Shown here: positions 33,746-44,937 of the stretch, one piece after another
How the letters are laid out: every line of letters starts with the position of its first letter
How positions within the stretch are numbered: the stretch's first letter is position 1
NCBI RefSeq assembly: GCF_000142905.1
Contig: NW_013657650.1
Span: 333,919 to 397,918 of the forward strand
Length of the DNA: 64,000 nucleotides
Reading direction: 5' to 3'
From: Thecamonas trahens ATCC 50062
Taxonomy: Eukaryota; Protista; Apusomonadida
The notes under the pieces: model-generated
What the model was told of the DNA's origin: nothing
The model's input: the letters and a program-made list of their open reading frames with translations, nothing else
Databases searched by the model: none
Made by a program: the position numbers and the translations under genes

Positions 33746-36700
33746 ATGCCGCTACCGGTTGTTGCACTTCTTACGGTTGTCTTCTGCGTAGCTGGCTGCC
33801 TCGCTTCTCGCCCGCTGGCGCAGTGTGGTACCGGCCCGGTCAGCCTCGCCCCGCTTGACACGCTCCGTCTCAATGGCACTCTCTCGTCGGTGGTCATGCC
33901 GAGCTGTGACAGAGCTGGATCAGGGCCGAGCATTTGCTCGTTTGGCACTTGGCTGATTGCGCATTATCCTGGAGCAACAACGGACCGCTTTGCTACTGGC
34001 CGCGACTCGCTGGACGATGCGCAAGAGACTACCGCTGTGGTGGTGGCAAGACCGCCCCAGGGCTACTCCTTTGGCCCACTCGTTGTGTTGGATGTGCCAG
34101 GCACATCTAGCTACGTCGATGTTGTTGTCGGAATGACACGCGGGTCAAACGGCACACTCTGGGCGGGCCAAACGGCACACTCTGGGTTTATCCAGGCACT
34201 GCTGATCCTACTGTTTTTGGCCAGTCGATCGTCGACTGCACGCTGTCCCTGTACTCGATCCAGACGCTTGATGCGTGGGTGGCAGAGGGGTCGCCGCTGG
34301 TGCTCGCTGCCCTCCACACAGAGCACACAGAGCTTGCCACTGGATCAGCAAAAGTCTCGCTGATTGTATTTGAAGCACCGCTGCCGACGCCGCCGGTGCT
34401 TGTCCAAGCACTCGTGCCGCAGCCTGTCCGCATCGCAGCCGGTCTTGTGCTCCTCTCGCCCTCGCTGGCAGTGGTGGCAGCCGATGGCCGGGTCTTGTTG
34501 TATGAACCGTCACTGGCTGCTCCTTGGCGGCGACTGGCCTGGCCCTCGAGTTCCACACCGACTGCGTTCAGTGCGCTACTTGCGTCCGACGTGAACGGCG
34601 ACGGTGTGACTGATGTGATTCTCGGGGGCATCTCGCACATCGATTCGACCACGGGCGTCTTTGCGGTCGCCATTGCGCCCTCATTTGCCATTACCAGTCA
34701 GACGCACACCCGCGGAGGCTTTGAGGCCTTTGGCACCATGGCCGCGCCAGTTGTCTTCCGTGGCTCGCGCCCGGATGCTCCGTCGGTCACCCTCGGCTTT
34801 ACGATGATCCTCTCGTTCGCCACGAGTGTGGCAAGCGTCAACACGGTCCGATTCGAGGCCGACGGCATCGGTGCCGAGACCGGTGCCTTTACCGGCCTCT
34901 CGACACTGGTGGCGACAAGTGTTGTCTCAACGACCTCGGTCCGGCTGGTCGCTGCGCGTGGCAAGACTGGTCCGTCCGGCTTTAGTCCGCTGCTGCTTGT
35001 GCAGGCGGCGCTAAGTGGCGACCAGGTTGTGATCCAGAGTGACGTTGCCGTTGAGCTCCCGTCCCTCGCCATTCCGCCGCCGTATTTGACCAGCCACTAC
35101 CTCGCTGGTGACGGCTTTCCGTCTCGAATCCATCTCTACGTCGTTGGCCTTGTCAACAACGACGTTGAGCCCGACGTTGTGGTTGTCTCTTCGATTACCG
35201 GGACTATCACAACCTTTCTCAACAACGTGGTGAACAGCGAAGTGCAGGGCTTGTTCCAGCAAGTGTCGGGACCGTCGTTTGATGAGGCCTCGTATGGCAG
35301 CGCTTCCTCGAGCCTCTCGGACTCGCTCGTGCTCATCGACGTCAATAGCGATGCGGCACTCGATCTGATATACGTTTCGTCACGCGCCATCTTTGTTGCC
35401 ACTAACATCGGTGGTGGGAGTTGGCAGAAGCCGGTGGCGGCTCTTGACGCCCCTCCTGGTGTGCTACTCGATCGCGCAGTGGCCGGGCGAGCATTCGAAT
35501 CGAACAACCCCAACTTCTTGTTGTTGGTAGTGCTTTTGACACGTCTCCGACTCTCTACGTTGTCGATTTCAGTACTCGGGACTTTGAACGAACAGGACTG
35601 GATCTTGTACATGCAGCGGCGCAGATGCCGCTGGTTGCTGTTGTGCGTACGTCGACAAGCAGCAATGCGTCGCTCGCAATCGCAACAGCTTCATCAGCGA
35701 ACAAGCTCGTTCTCGCGTCAGCTCCCGAGGAGATTGATGATGATTGGAAGGTCGTGGTGATGGCGGACTTGCCTGGCCCGGCTTCAGTGGTCACTTCTGG
35801 ACCGATTGGGTCGCCGGCTGGCGAGCTGTATGCTCGCGATGACGTGGCAGTCCTTGTCACCTCGCCCAACGTCTCGGTGGTTGTGGCGTACACCTCGGGC
35901 TCGCTGGTGCAAGCGCTCGCTCCTCCGAGCAGCAGCACATCGTGCACGCTGCTGGGGCTGGCACGATTGGTGCCTCCGAGCGCAGTCGGCGTCGGGCTTG
36001 ATCTTTACCTCGTCTGTGCAAAGGAGGTGGCTGTTTGGCCTGCGCTTGCTTCGGGCCGACTGGGCGAGCCGATCAGCGTGGTGACGCCAATTCCGCAAGC
36101 GATGACTATGGCGACACTGGCAGACTTTGATGGCAACGGTTGGGTTGACTTTTTCGCCGTCTACGAGTTGCCGGCGGTATTGTTCGTGCAGCCGTCGCCG
36201 TGGGCAGCGAGTCCGTTTCCGGCGAGCACCGTGGCTGTTCCAGGGGCTACCGTGGCGTGCAACAATCCGAGCTCATTGACTTGCCTTGTCAGCTCGATGG
36301 CGTCTGCATCGCGGTGTGGAACGAACACACTGGTGTTTGACGGCGTGCTGCAGTTCTGCCGCGGAGACTCGCATGTTGTTGTGACGCGCCCAGCTGTGAT
36401 ACGCGGCATCTCTCGAGAGTCGTCGGCTGTGGCGTGCGGATTTCTTGGCGGCATTCTGTTCAAAGTCTCGGGAGGCTCTTCGCTTGTGTTGGAGCGCATG
36501 AGTCTCCGCGACGCCAGGTCTGTCGATAGCTTGTACGGTGCTCCGCCGCTGCGAGTCGATGGTGTCGGCTCGTCGCTTGTTCTGCGCGATGTCCACATCT
36601 CGCATTTCAGCAACTATGGCAGTGGAAGTGGCACAACGATGACGGTCCTTGGCTCCGGATACGGCGGCGTTATGGTGGTGAGTAACGGAGGGCTTGCTCA

Positions 36701-39508
36701 GGTCCTGAGTTCGCTCATCGAGTCGTGCGGGGCGAGTGCCGGCGGCGGTGTTGCGTATATCAGCTCGGGAGCAGGCACGTCGCGCCTGACTATTCGCGAC
36801 TCTGATGTGGTGAGGAACCGGGCTCTTCGGGGCGGTGCTTTGTTTTGCGAGAACGGCGGCGTGGTCGAGATTGTCAATGCGACGATGGCAGCCAACTCGG
36901 CGGAACTTGATGGCGGTATGATGGTGATGGACGGCGATGACTCTACTGCTCGGGTGACCAGCTCGATGCTGGAAACGAATGGAGCTGGAACTTGGGGTGG
37001 GGTGTATAGTCTTTCGGTTCGTCATCGCTTGCCTCGCAAGGCAACCATTATGATGTCAACCTTGCCCGGATGGGTGCGGTCTTTGCGATCGCGTCGCTGG
37101 AGGTTGAGATGAGCCTTCGCGCGATCAACGCGCAAAACTTTGGGATGGTGGACCTACCGAGCGTGAGCATGATCGAGCCGCTTGATGTGGTTTTTGCGAG
37201 CGATGTGTTGAGCAAGAGCAAGAGCGCGTATGGCGGGGTGTTCTTCACGTGCGGCGGTTCGGTGATCATGAGCGAGATAGTGGGTTGGGGCAACTCTGCT
37301 ACCCACGGTGGCGCCGCTGCCTTTGCTTGCGCGCTCGACAGGGTTGACGAGCAGATCACACTCAGAAAGCTGGTCAACACAAGCCGAGCCTCGTTGGTTG
37401 CGCTCGAGGCGATGTGCAGCGCGGCATCGTGGGGAACACCGGTTGCAACGCCACCGACGCAAGTGTTGTGGACAAGACCTGTGAGCGAGTTGAGCGGAAC
37501 AAAGATGGTCTCTGGCTTTCCGTTCCCGCCATCGTTTGCGGTTGCTCTTGTCGATGGCGCTGGAGGCTACGTGGTGGACTCGGCGCTGCTGGTTGCGGTG
37601 TTGCCCGTGCCAGGTATGACTACCTTTGGCGGCTCGCCGTCGATTGTATCTACTTCCAACACGACGTCGTTGTCTGCAGTTTCACTCGCGGCAACGAGCG
37701 AGGCGAGCTTGGACACGTCTCTCAAGCTTAGAGTTGCTGCTGTGTCTGCAGCATCAGGTACACCGCGGTTTTTCGCGCCGCGCGTGAAGGTCGAGGTGAG
37801 CGGATGTGTGGGTGACCTGAGACCGACGCGCGAAGCGAACGGAGCGCTGGTGTGTCCATGCCCAGCGAACGCGGTGCACATGGCGGTGGGGAGGGGCGGA
37901 ACGACGGGATGCGGATGCGAGTCTGGCTTCTGGTCGGCGCAAGTACCGGTGGTGGCATGCCGCAGCTGCCCGCGCGGTGGCGAGTGTGCAGGCGGGCTGT
38001 CCGCGCCCGAGGCTGCCGAGGGCAACTACCCGACGTCTGATCCTGGGTACTTTCTCAAGTGCCCGAGCACCGAAGCGTGTTCTGGCGACGGCAAGTGTGC
38101 GGATGGGCAGCAGGGGCGGCTTTGTTCCGAGTGCGCCGACGGATGGTTCAGCCCCGGCGCGGCGATCGGCGAGTGCAGGCGATGCAAGCTAGGCAGTAGT
38201 GTGGCAGCGGCAGTCTTTGGTAGCGTCATGGCTGGCTTTCTTGTTCTCTTGAGCGGGTACGTGCTGCTCCCGCGCACCGACCCGAACGTTGTGGTGGAGC
38301 TCGTGGGTTCGACGCAGCTAGCACCGGCGTCGCTGTGGGCGCGGCTGCGGGCGCAGAGCGGAAAAATCAAGGCGGTGGTGGCTTCTCTGGCGTTAGAAGC
38401 AGCGGTGGTGGTGGCGATGGCGATGATGGGGCTGGCCGAGGTGTGGGAAGTGGCTGCGCTCGGGATTGGTCTTGTGGCGCTGACGTTGTATGCGGTGGCG
38501 GGTCGGCCTGCGCACGCTCAAGTCGCCGAGGCCGCGCTCAAGACTACGGTCGTCTTCCTGCAGACGATCGGCGTGGTGCTGGTATCGTCCGAGTCTGCGC
38601 TGGAGGAGTCGAGCATGCTCAAGAGTCTGCACGGGGCACTGGAGCGTGCGAGCCTCACGGTGGCCGGGCTCGCTTGCCTGGGGGTCGGGCGGCTTGGCGA
38701 GTACTGGACGTTTATGGCGCTCACGGCTGGGCCAACAGCGTTTTGTTTTGGACTAGGAATGCTGCCAGGTGTGGGCGGCGAGGCTGCGCATCGCGGTGTG
38801 CTTGCTGCCGGTACACTGGGATATCTCTTTGTCTTTCCGATTGTGCAGCGGTCGTTGGCGATGTTTGGCTGCAATCGCGAGCCGACGCCCGGCGTCGACG
38901 CGTCGTATCTCAACGACGCGCCATGGATCCGGTGTGGATCGAGCGAGCATGTGGAGCTGATGGTGAGCGGAGGCGGAGTGCTGGTGTGTGTGGCGTGTGT
39001 GATTGGGTGCGTGGCGCGCGCAGCTCAGGTCGCCCGCGCTGCTCATGTGCACGATGCCGAAAGGGAGAGCGAGAACGACGAGGCGTGCCAGCCGCTTCTG
39101 GGTCATGTGCACGGGGTGGACGAAGAGCGCGAGTCGCCGCTGGCGTTTGTGTGGGAGCCGTACCGGGAGGCGGCGTGGTGGTTTGAAGGAGTGGTGCTCG
39201 GGCGACGTGTGGCGATTGCAGCCGCCGCCGCCATCATTCCGCGCACGTCTGTGTTTGTCGACGGCGTCCTAGCCGGCGTTGTTGCGCTCGGCCTCTTTGC
39301 GCACCTCCAGTGGCACCCACTCGCCGAGACCCGTGCACATCGGCTGGAAGCGATTGCACTCACGGCCGTCCTCGCGGTCATCCGCCTCATGACTATGCTC
39401 GACGAAGCCGAGGCCGACACCACCACCCACTTTCTCTCTGCGCTCATTCTGCTCGTCACCATGGGCGTTGTGTCATACTCTACCTGGGTTGTCATTGTGG
39501 CACTGTAA
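33746..39508 (+). CDS. Large (~1,900 aa) surface receptor-like protein: signal peptide, FG-GAP-like repeats, GGA beta-helix repeats, Cys-rich region, multi-pass TM domain; three -1 frame breaks (~34165, ~35510, ~37015)
   Basis: Joins ORFs 33515-34363, 34279-35760, 35625-37112 and 37070-39508. MPLPVVALLTVVFCVAGCLA leader; DVNGDGVTDVI and DFDGNGWVDFF; NRALRGGAL, NSAELDGG, NSATHGGAA; CADGQQGRLCSECADGWF; YLNDAPWIRC; WEPYREAAWWFEGVVLGRR. Could be a pseudogene if the breaks are real. Confidence 0.8.
34141..34186 (+). repeat. 23-nt tandem duplication inside a coding region
   Basis: cgggtcaaacggcacactctggg followed by cgggccaaacggcacactctggg. Confidence 0.9.
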
Positions 39509-39670
39509 AGAGGCCATGATCAGGCTCTCAGAGAAAACGACTAGCTTGTCTCCACCAAGATATCGCCAAGCGTGCCAGCGCGTCGCCGACCGCCGGGTCG
39601 CCGAGATTCTGCGGCCGACTCGGCCGACCACAACCGCAGCGGCAGCCACTCCTCACCCATACTCAACCCT

Positions 39671-39701
<31 letters not shown>

Positions 39702-39705
39702 TTCA

Positions 39706-41034
39706 ATGCTTCGGACAACGAGCGCTGTCGTCCGCAGCGGACTGTGGCGGCGGTGGGGCCATGCGACGCGCAAGGGCGGGTTTGTCGACTCTGCGCGGGT
39801 GGTGGCCAAGGCAGGAGCCGGTGGCACCGGCTGTGTCTCGTTCCTCCGTGAGCGGGCGAGGCCGTTTGGTGGGCCGAACGGAGGCGACGGTGGCGAAGGA
39901 GGGTCAGTGGTGGTGGTGGGCGATGGAAGTGTTGGTGATCTGCAGACAGTCCGTGCTCAAGTCCGCGGACGGGATGGGGCGCCTGGGCAGGGATCGGCCA
40001 AGCACGGCGGCAAAGGCAAGGACGCGGTGATCAAGCTCCCGCTGGGTACGGTGGTCCGGGCAACAGTGACCGGGTGGAGCAAGAAGGTTGTGCCCGAGTC
40101 GGTGGTCGAGGCCGGAGCAGGGATGCTGGTGGTGGACGATGGTGCCGCGCACGGAGTCGGCGACGAGCCGACGGTCCGTGACATCGAGTTTGAAATCGAG
40201 GAGGAGGGCCAGGAGGTGGTAGTCGCCCGCGGGGCACCCGGTGGGCTGGGCAACATTCACTTTGCATCGTCGACCAACCGCATTCCGCGGCGTCGGACCA
40301 TGGGCCTCAACGGCGAGGTGGCCGAGATGGAGCTCGAGCTCAAGGTCATGGCCGACGTCGGACTCGTCGGCTTTCCCAACGCCGGTAAGTCGTCGCTGCT
40401 CGAGGCCATGTCGCGGGCCTCGCCGCGAGTCGGCTCGTACCCGTTCACCACGCTCCATCCGTCGATCGGAACGGTGGCGTTCTGCGACGCCGGCGCGACC
40501 GGAGCCGAGACGTTCCGGGTGGCGGATCTGCCGGGCCTTGTTGCTGGCGCGGCAGCCAACATCGGGCTCGGCCACCAGTTCCTCAAACATGTGGAGCGGA
40601 ATGCGGTCATTGCGTATGTTGTCGACCTCGCGCCGCCGCTCTCGGCCCATGCGCTCTCGATGTACGGCTCGGATGATGCTGTGGCGGCGGCCATCGCTGA
40701 CAACGTGGTCGCCGGCGCCGATGATCCGGCCACCGATGCGACAAGTGGCGAGCTCCTCCTCGCAGCGTCGCCGTGGCAGCAGCTAGCCACGCTCACCGCC
40801 GAGCTTGCGGCGTACGACCGCGAGCTGGTGAGCAAGCCTGCTCTCGTCCTCGCCAACAAGATCGACCACAAGCCGCTAGCGGAAGTCCTCGTCGAAGTTG
40901 TCCGGAGCCGGACAGCCATGCCTGTCCTTCCGGTCTCTGCCAAGGAGGGAACTCATCTCAAGGGCATTATGGCTGTCCTCTCGCGCATTGTCCGTGACAG
41001 TGGTGGCGGCAACAGCGGCGGTGGACGCGATTAA
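39706..41034 (+). CDS. MTG2: Obg-family GTPase, mitochondrial ribosome assembly factor (MTG2/GTPBP5-like)
   Basis: FVD..AGAGGTGCVSFLRE..GGPNGGDGGEGG, ELKVMADVGLVGFPNAGKSSLL, YPFTTLHP, DLPGLV, GLGHQFLKHVER, ANKID, VSAK; Arg-rich presequence. Confidence 0.93.
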   Translation: MLRTTSAVVRSGLWRRWGHATRKGGFVDSARVVAKAGAGGTGCVSFLRERARPFGGPNGGDGGEGGSVVVVGDGSVGDLQTVRAQVRGRDGAPGQGSAKHGGKGKDAVIKLPLGTVVRATVTGWSKKVVPESVVEAGAGMLVVDDGAAHGVGDEPTVRDIEFEIEEEGQEVVVARGAPGGLGNIHFASSTNRIPRRRTMGLNGEVAEMELELKVMADVGLVGFPNAGKSSLLEAMSRASPRVGSYPFTTLHPSIGTVAFCDAGATGAETFRVADLPGLVAGAAANIGLGHQFLKHVERNAVIAYVVDLAPPLSAHALSMYGSDDAVAAAIADNVVAGADDPATDATSGELLLAASPWQQLATLTAELAAYDRELVSKPALVLANKIDHKPLAEVLVEVVRSRTAMPVLPVSAKEGTHLKGIMAVLSRIVRDSGGGNSGGGRD

Positions 41035-41996
41035 CCCTTAGCGGCACGGTCGCTCGGACGCGTTGTCGCGCGTTTCAAAGTGAGCAACTCGATGATGCCT
41101 GACTTCCCGGTGGGAGGCGCGCCCGCACGTGATGACGGCCGACACGTAGACGCCCGCCTGAAGGATGCCCGAGTTGCCGTCGCGGTGACGGACGCCTGGG
41201 AGCATGGGCGATGCGTGCGAGGTGCTGCACGGCGCCGATCCGGAGGAGCGGCGGGCCGCGATGGACAAATCTGTCAATAAAAAGTAAAAATGCCCCCCCC
41301 CCCCTCCCTCCTCCGGCACATGGGGCCATTCCAGGTACAACAATTTTGGCGCGCTTTCGACCGAAGCGGTCTGCGGAGGAAATATATTTTTCTCTTTCCG
41401 GCGACGGCGACCTGGTATGCGCGCCAAGACGACCGCGGCAACGACTGAGGAGCGGCGCCGGGACATAGCGGCGTTGTTTGTTAGGGAGGAAAGAGGGAGG
41501 AGCTTGAGTGAGCCGCAGTAGCAATGACGATAATGCGAAAGTCATGGATGATTCCAGGAAAGGCAACTGCGGGACAGCGCAATGCGCACGTGAGGCGACG
41601 CATGCCGGCGACAGATTTGCAACGTTTGTATAATTTTTTTCGGAGAATAGGCGCGTGCCGAGATGAATGGCAAAATCGAGAGCGTTCCATAAGTTCCTCA
41701 CGCGAGAGTAGAGCGGGGGGAGAGCAAAGAGGAAGTGGTGTACAAGAGACACAGCTCTCTCCAAGCAAAGGCGCCTGCATATCAGGTAGTAGCGAGGTAG
41801 TCATGTCTGAGTCCTTCCTTATTGCCTCAACAGACCGTGCCACAGCTCGCCTTGAGAGTGTCACGGCCAGTACTTCGGTGCGGTCGCCAACTGACGCTGG
41901 CGACTCGGACGCCGCCGGCGGCGGAGGTGGAGGCCGAGTGAGTGCCCCACGCCCAACCGCTGCTAGCCCTTGTCGACCGGGCGTGCCCGCCGCAGC

Positions 41997-44822
41997 ATGA
42001 GTGTCCGCCGCTCTGCTCGTCGCTCCGGCTCGTCCCACCTTGTCGCCTCGTCCACTGGCAGCATGTTGTCAATGTGGCCCATGCAACCAGCGGGTTTTGC
42101 CGAACCGTTCGAAACTTCGGTGTCTCCGGTGGGAAGCCCCGAGGGTCCCGGCGCAACATCGGTGGGCGGCGAGTGGCTCGACGGCTCGGTGAGCGCCCGC
42201 CGTAGGAGCTCGTCCCGCGGCTCTCGCGGACTGGTCCATCCCATCTCCTCGCCGTCGCCGGGCAAGTCGTCGACTCCATCGTCGCCGTCAAAGTCTTCCC
42301 CTTCGCCACGCCCCGGGCGGAAGCGCCGCAATGAGGATGGCGACAACAACGACATTGTCGCCGCTCTCGCCGCTGCTGCCGCAAGCGCCGGCCCGACGGC
42401 CGGCTTTGTCGACAACCTCACGATCGACTGCTATGGCTCGGATACCGGAACATCGATCGGTGAGCTCACGCCGCGGCGGATCAGTGCCCGGCTCCGGCAA
42501 CAGCGGCGGAACAAGGAGAAGCAGGCAAGTCGCGTCGCGCCCGAGGCTGGGTCTGGTAGCGGGCGGGCGAGACGCGTCGCGCCCGATGCCGGGTCCGGTA
42601 GCGGGCGGGCGAGGCGCGTCGCGCCCGATGCCGGGTCCGGTAGTGGGCGGGCGAGGCGGCGGTCACGTCGTGGCTCGGGAGGCTCGAGCGGGCGGTCCCG
42701 TCGTGGCTCGGGAGGCTCGAGCGGGCGGTCCCGTCGTGGCTCGGGAGGCTTGAGTGGGCGGCAGTCGCGACAATCGAACCGCAAGCGGTCGCGTGCAGAC
42801 AAGCGCCAGCAGAAGAAGGCCAAGCAGAAGAAGGTCTCGATTGGCAAGGGGAAGGGTTCGGAGTCGGACTGGTGGTCGGACGACGAGGGTGCGAGTGGAG
42901 TGGCTGGCCATGCCGAGAAGAGTGAGCCCAAGACTGTGGGAGCGGTGGAAGCAAAGGGATCGGCATCAAAGTCGAACTCGAGCTCGTGCTCTGATACTGG
43001 CACGGTCCAGTTTGCGCGGCCTGTGGTGGACATGACAGGGCTGAATGAGTACCACCCGTCGCCAGCCGGCTACAGCGACGGGTACAACGGCGATGCATAC
43101 GAGCCCGAGTGGATGGGCACGCTGGAGGAGACTGCGGCGCGGTGCTCGTCGCCGGGGCGGACGCGGTACGCCAAGCGAATTTACTCTGTGGCCATGCCGA
43201 ACGTACACCTTCCCGCGGCGGCGCAATCGCATTCGAAGCGGTGGATTTCGTCACACCCGCAGGAGCTTGTCGAGGCCGTGGCCAAGTCGCTTCCTGTGAG
43301 TGCGTACCAGTCCGCGCCGCAGTCGCTCAACATCACGCTGGCAGCGTCGTCGATAGGCGATCCACTGGTGGGCATCACGCCTACGGGCGAGCGCGTGACG
43401 CGGTCCGCTATGGCCGAGTCGCGGACAATCGACTGGCGCGAGCTGTACCAGTCGTCGGAGAAGCACAGAAGCGCGGCGAAGCGGTATCAGGAGGAAAACC
43501 CCCTGGCGGCGCGGTCTCTGTCGTCGCCGGTGCGGCCGGTCAACCCCGAGTACGGGTACGGTGCGCATGGGCTCTCGCGCGGGGCGGTGGACCGGCAGCA
43601 GCTTCTTGCGGAGGGCATCGACCTTGTGTTCAAGGGAGGCGGGGCAAAGGGCAACGTGTTCATCGGAGCCAACCAGGCGCTTATCAAGCGCGGGCTCAAG
43701 CACCGGCGGATTGTGGGCACGTCTGCCGGAGCGTTCAACGCCATGATGCTGGCCATCGGCGTGCCGCCTGCGGAGCTGCACAGGACCATCCTGTCGGACA
43801 TGCGGAACAACGTGGGCGAGGTGAAGCCGGCGATGGAGGCTGTCATGCTCGACCTGCCGCTGCCGAAGGACTGCCCCCAAGAAGACCGCGAGGACTCGCT
43901 GGTGATGAAGGCGCTCCGAGCGATCTCGCCGCCGCTGGTGCCCCAGGTTGTGGACTCGATTCTGCAGTGGGGCGTGGTCAACATGCTCTTCAACCACTCG
44001 CAGCTGTTCCGGCTCGGGCACTCTGTGGTGGAGCTCGGCGGAGCGCTTGTGGGCGAGATGGTTGTGCACTACCTCAACGACCTCATGCACGAGTACTACC
44101 CCGAGGCGCTGGGCCACATTCCGGAGCCGACGCTGGAGGACCTGTACCAGGCAACGGCGGCAGACCTGACGGTGGTTGCTGCCGACGTGACCAACGAGCA
44201 GCGGCTGATTCTCAACCACCGGACGGCGCCCAACTGCCCGGCGGCGTGGGCGGTGCGGATGTCGATGGCGCTGCCTGCGGCGTACCGGTACGTGGTCTGG
44301 CGGGAGGAGTGGGGTCTTTACATGGGCGGGAGCGAGGTCATCGGGGCGCGGGTCGTCGACGGCGGCATTGTGGACGTCTTTCCGCTCGACCTCCTCCTTG
44401 ACTCGGACCCTATTGTCATCCACGCCATGGGCCGTGAGCACGAGTTCAAGTACGAGGCAGACATGCGGCCGATGATCGGCTTCCTCATCGACGACGACCT
44501 CGAGGTGCCGGACGCGCCGCCGCCGCCGCACACCGAGTCGAGCGGCATCGTCGCCGCCGTCACCTCGTTTGGCCCGGTCAAGTACCTCTCCGGCATGCTT
44601 GACACTGCGCTCTCTGCCGGCTATCACACCATCCAGGAAGCATTCCCCGACCTCGTTTGCCCGCTCCCTGCACAGGGCTACGATACAATGGAGCTCGCCA
44701 TGACTGCCGAGCGCCTCGAGGCGCTCATTGCTGCTGGCGAGGCTGCAACCGACAAGTTCCTTGACACTGTCTGGCCGCTCACCCGCAAAACCCGCTCGCC
44801 GCTGCGGCGAATCGGTATCTAA
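41997..44822 (+). CDS. Patatin-like phospholipase with long disordered Ser/Arg/Gly-rich N-terminus
   Basis: DLVFKGGGAKG (oxyanion hole), GTSAG (nucleophile), AVRMSMALP, VDGGI (catalytic Asp). Exact start is uncertain. Confidence 0.9.
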   Translation: MSVRRSARRSGSSHLVASSTGSMLSMWPMQPAGFAEPFETSVSPVGSPEGPGATSVGGEWLDGSVSARRRSSSRGSRGLVHPISSPSPGKSSTPSSPSKSSPSPRPGRKRRNEDGDNNDIVAALAAAAASAGPTAGFVDNLTIDCYGSDTGTSIGELTPRRISARLRQQRRNKEKQASRVAPEAGSGSGRARRVAPDAGSGSGRARRVAPDAGSGSGRARRRSRRGSGGSSGRSRRGSGGSSGRSRRGSGGLSGRQSRQSNRKRSRADKRQQKKAKQKKVSIGKGKGSESDWWSDDEGASGVAGHAEKSEPKTVGAVEAKGSASKSNSSSCSDTGTVQFARPVVDMTGLNEYHPSPAGYSDGYNGDAYEPEWMGTLEETAARCSSPGRTRYAKRIYSVAMPNVHLPAAAQSHSKRWISSHPQELVEAVAKSLPVSAYQSAPQSLNITLAASSIGDPLVGITPTGERVTRSAMAESRTIDWRELYQSSEKHRSAAKRYQEENPLAARSLSSPVRPVNPEYGYGAHGLSRGAVDRQQLLAEGIDLVFKGGGAKGNVFIGANQALIKRGLKHRRIVGTSAGAFNAMMLAIGVPPAELHRTILSDMRNNVGEVKPAMEAVMLDLPLPKDCPQEDREDSLVMKALRAISPPLVPQVVDSILQWGVVNMLFNHSQLFRLGHSVVELGGALVGEMVVHYLNDLMHEYYPEALGHIPEPTLEDLYQATAADLTVVAADVTNEQRLILNHRTAPNCPAAWAVRMSMALPAAYRYVVWREEWGLYMGGSEVIGARVVDGGIVDVFPLDLLLDSDPIVIHAMGREHEFKYEADMRPMIGFLIDDDLEVPDAPPPPHTESSGIVAAVTSFGPVKYLSGMLDTALSAGYHTIQEAFPDLVCPLPAQGYDTMELAMTAERLEALIAAGEAATDKFLDTVWPLTRKTRSPLRRIGI
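42531..42760 (+). repeat. Coding tandem repeats: 42 nt x3 (RVAPDAGSGSGRAR) then 33 nt x3 (RSRRGSGGSSG)
   Basis: Directly visible at 42531-42656 and ~42660-42760. Confidence 0.9.
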
Positions 44823-44937
44823 GTTGGTGCCGTAGTGCACATACGCCGCAGCTGCGCAAGCAGGAGTAGCAACGGCAAAACAATGAAGCGGACCAGGCAT
44901 ATAAGGGTGTGATTCTGAGTGTATGTGGGCGGCTCAG

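Noticed and set aside
41038-41830. Short ORFs between Obg and patatin
   Set aside because: No recognisable motif, lower GC and homopolymer tracts; treated as UTR or intergenic, though a small spliced gene cannot be excluded.
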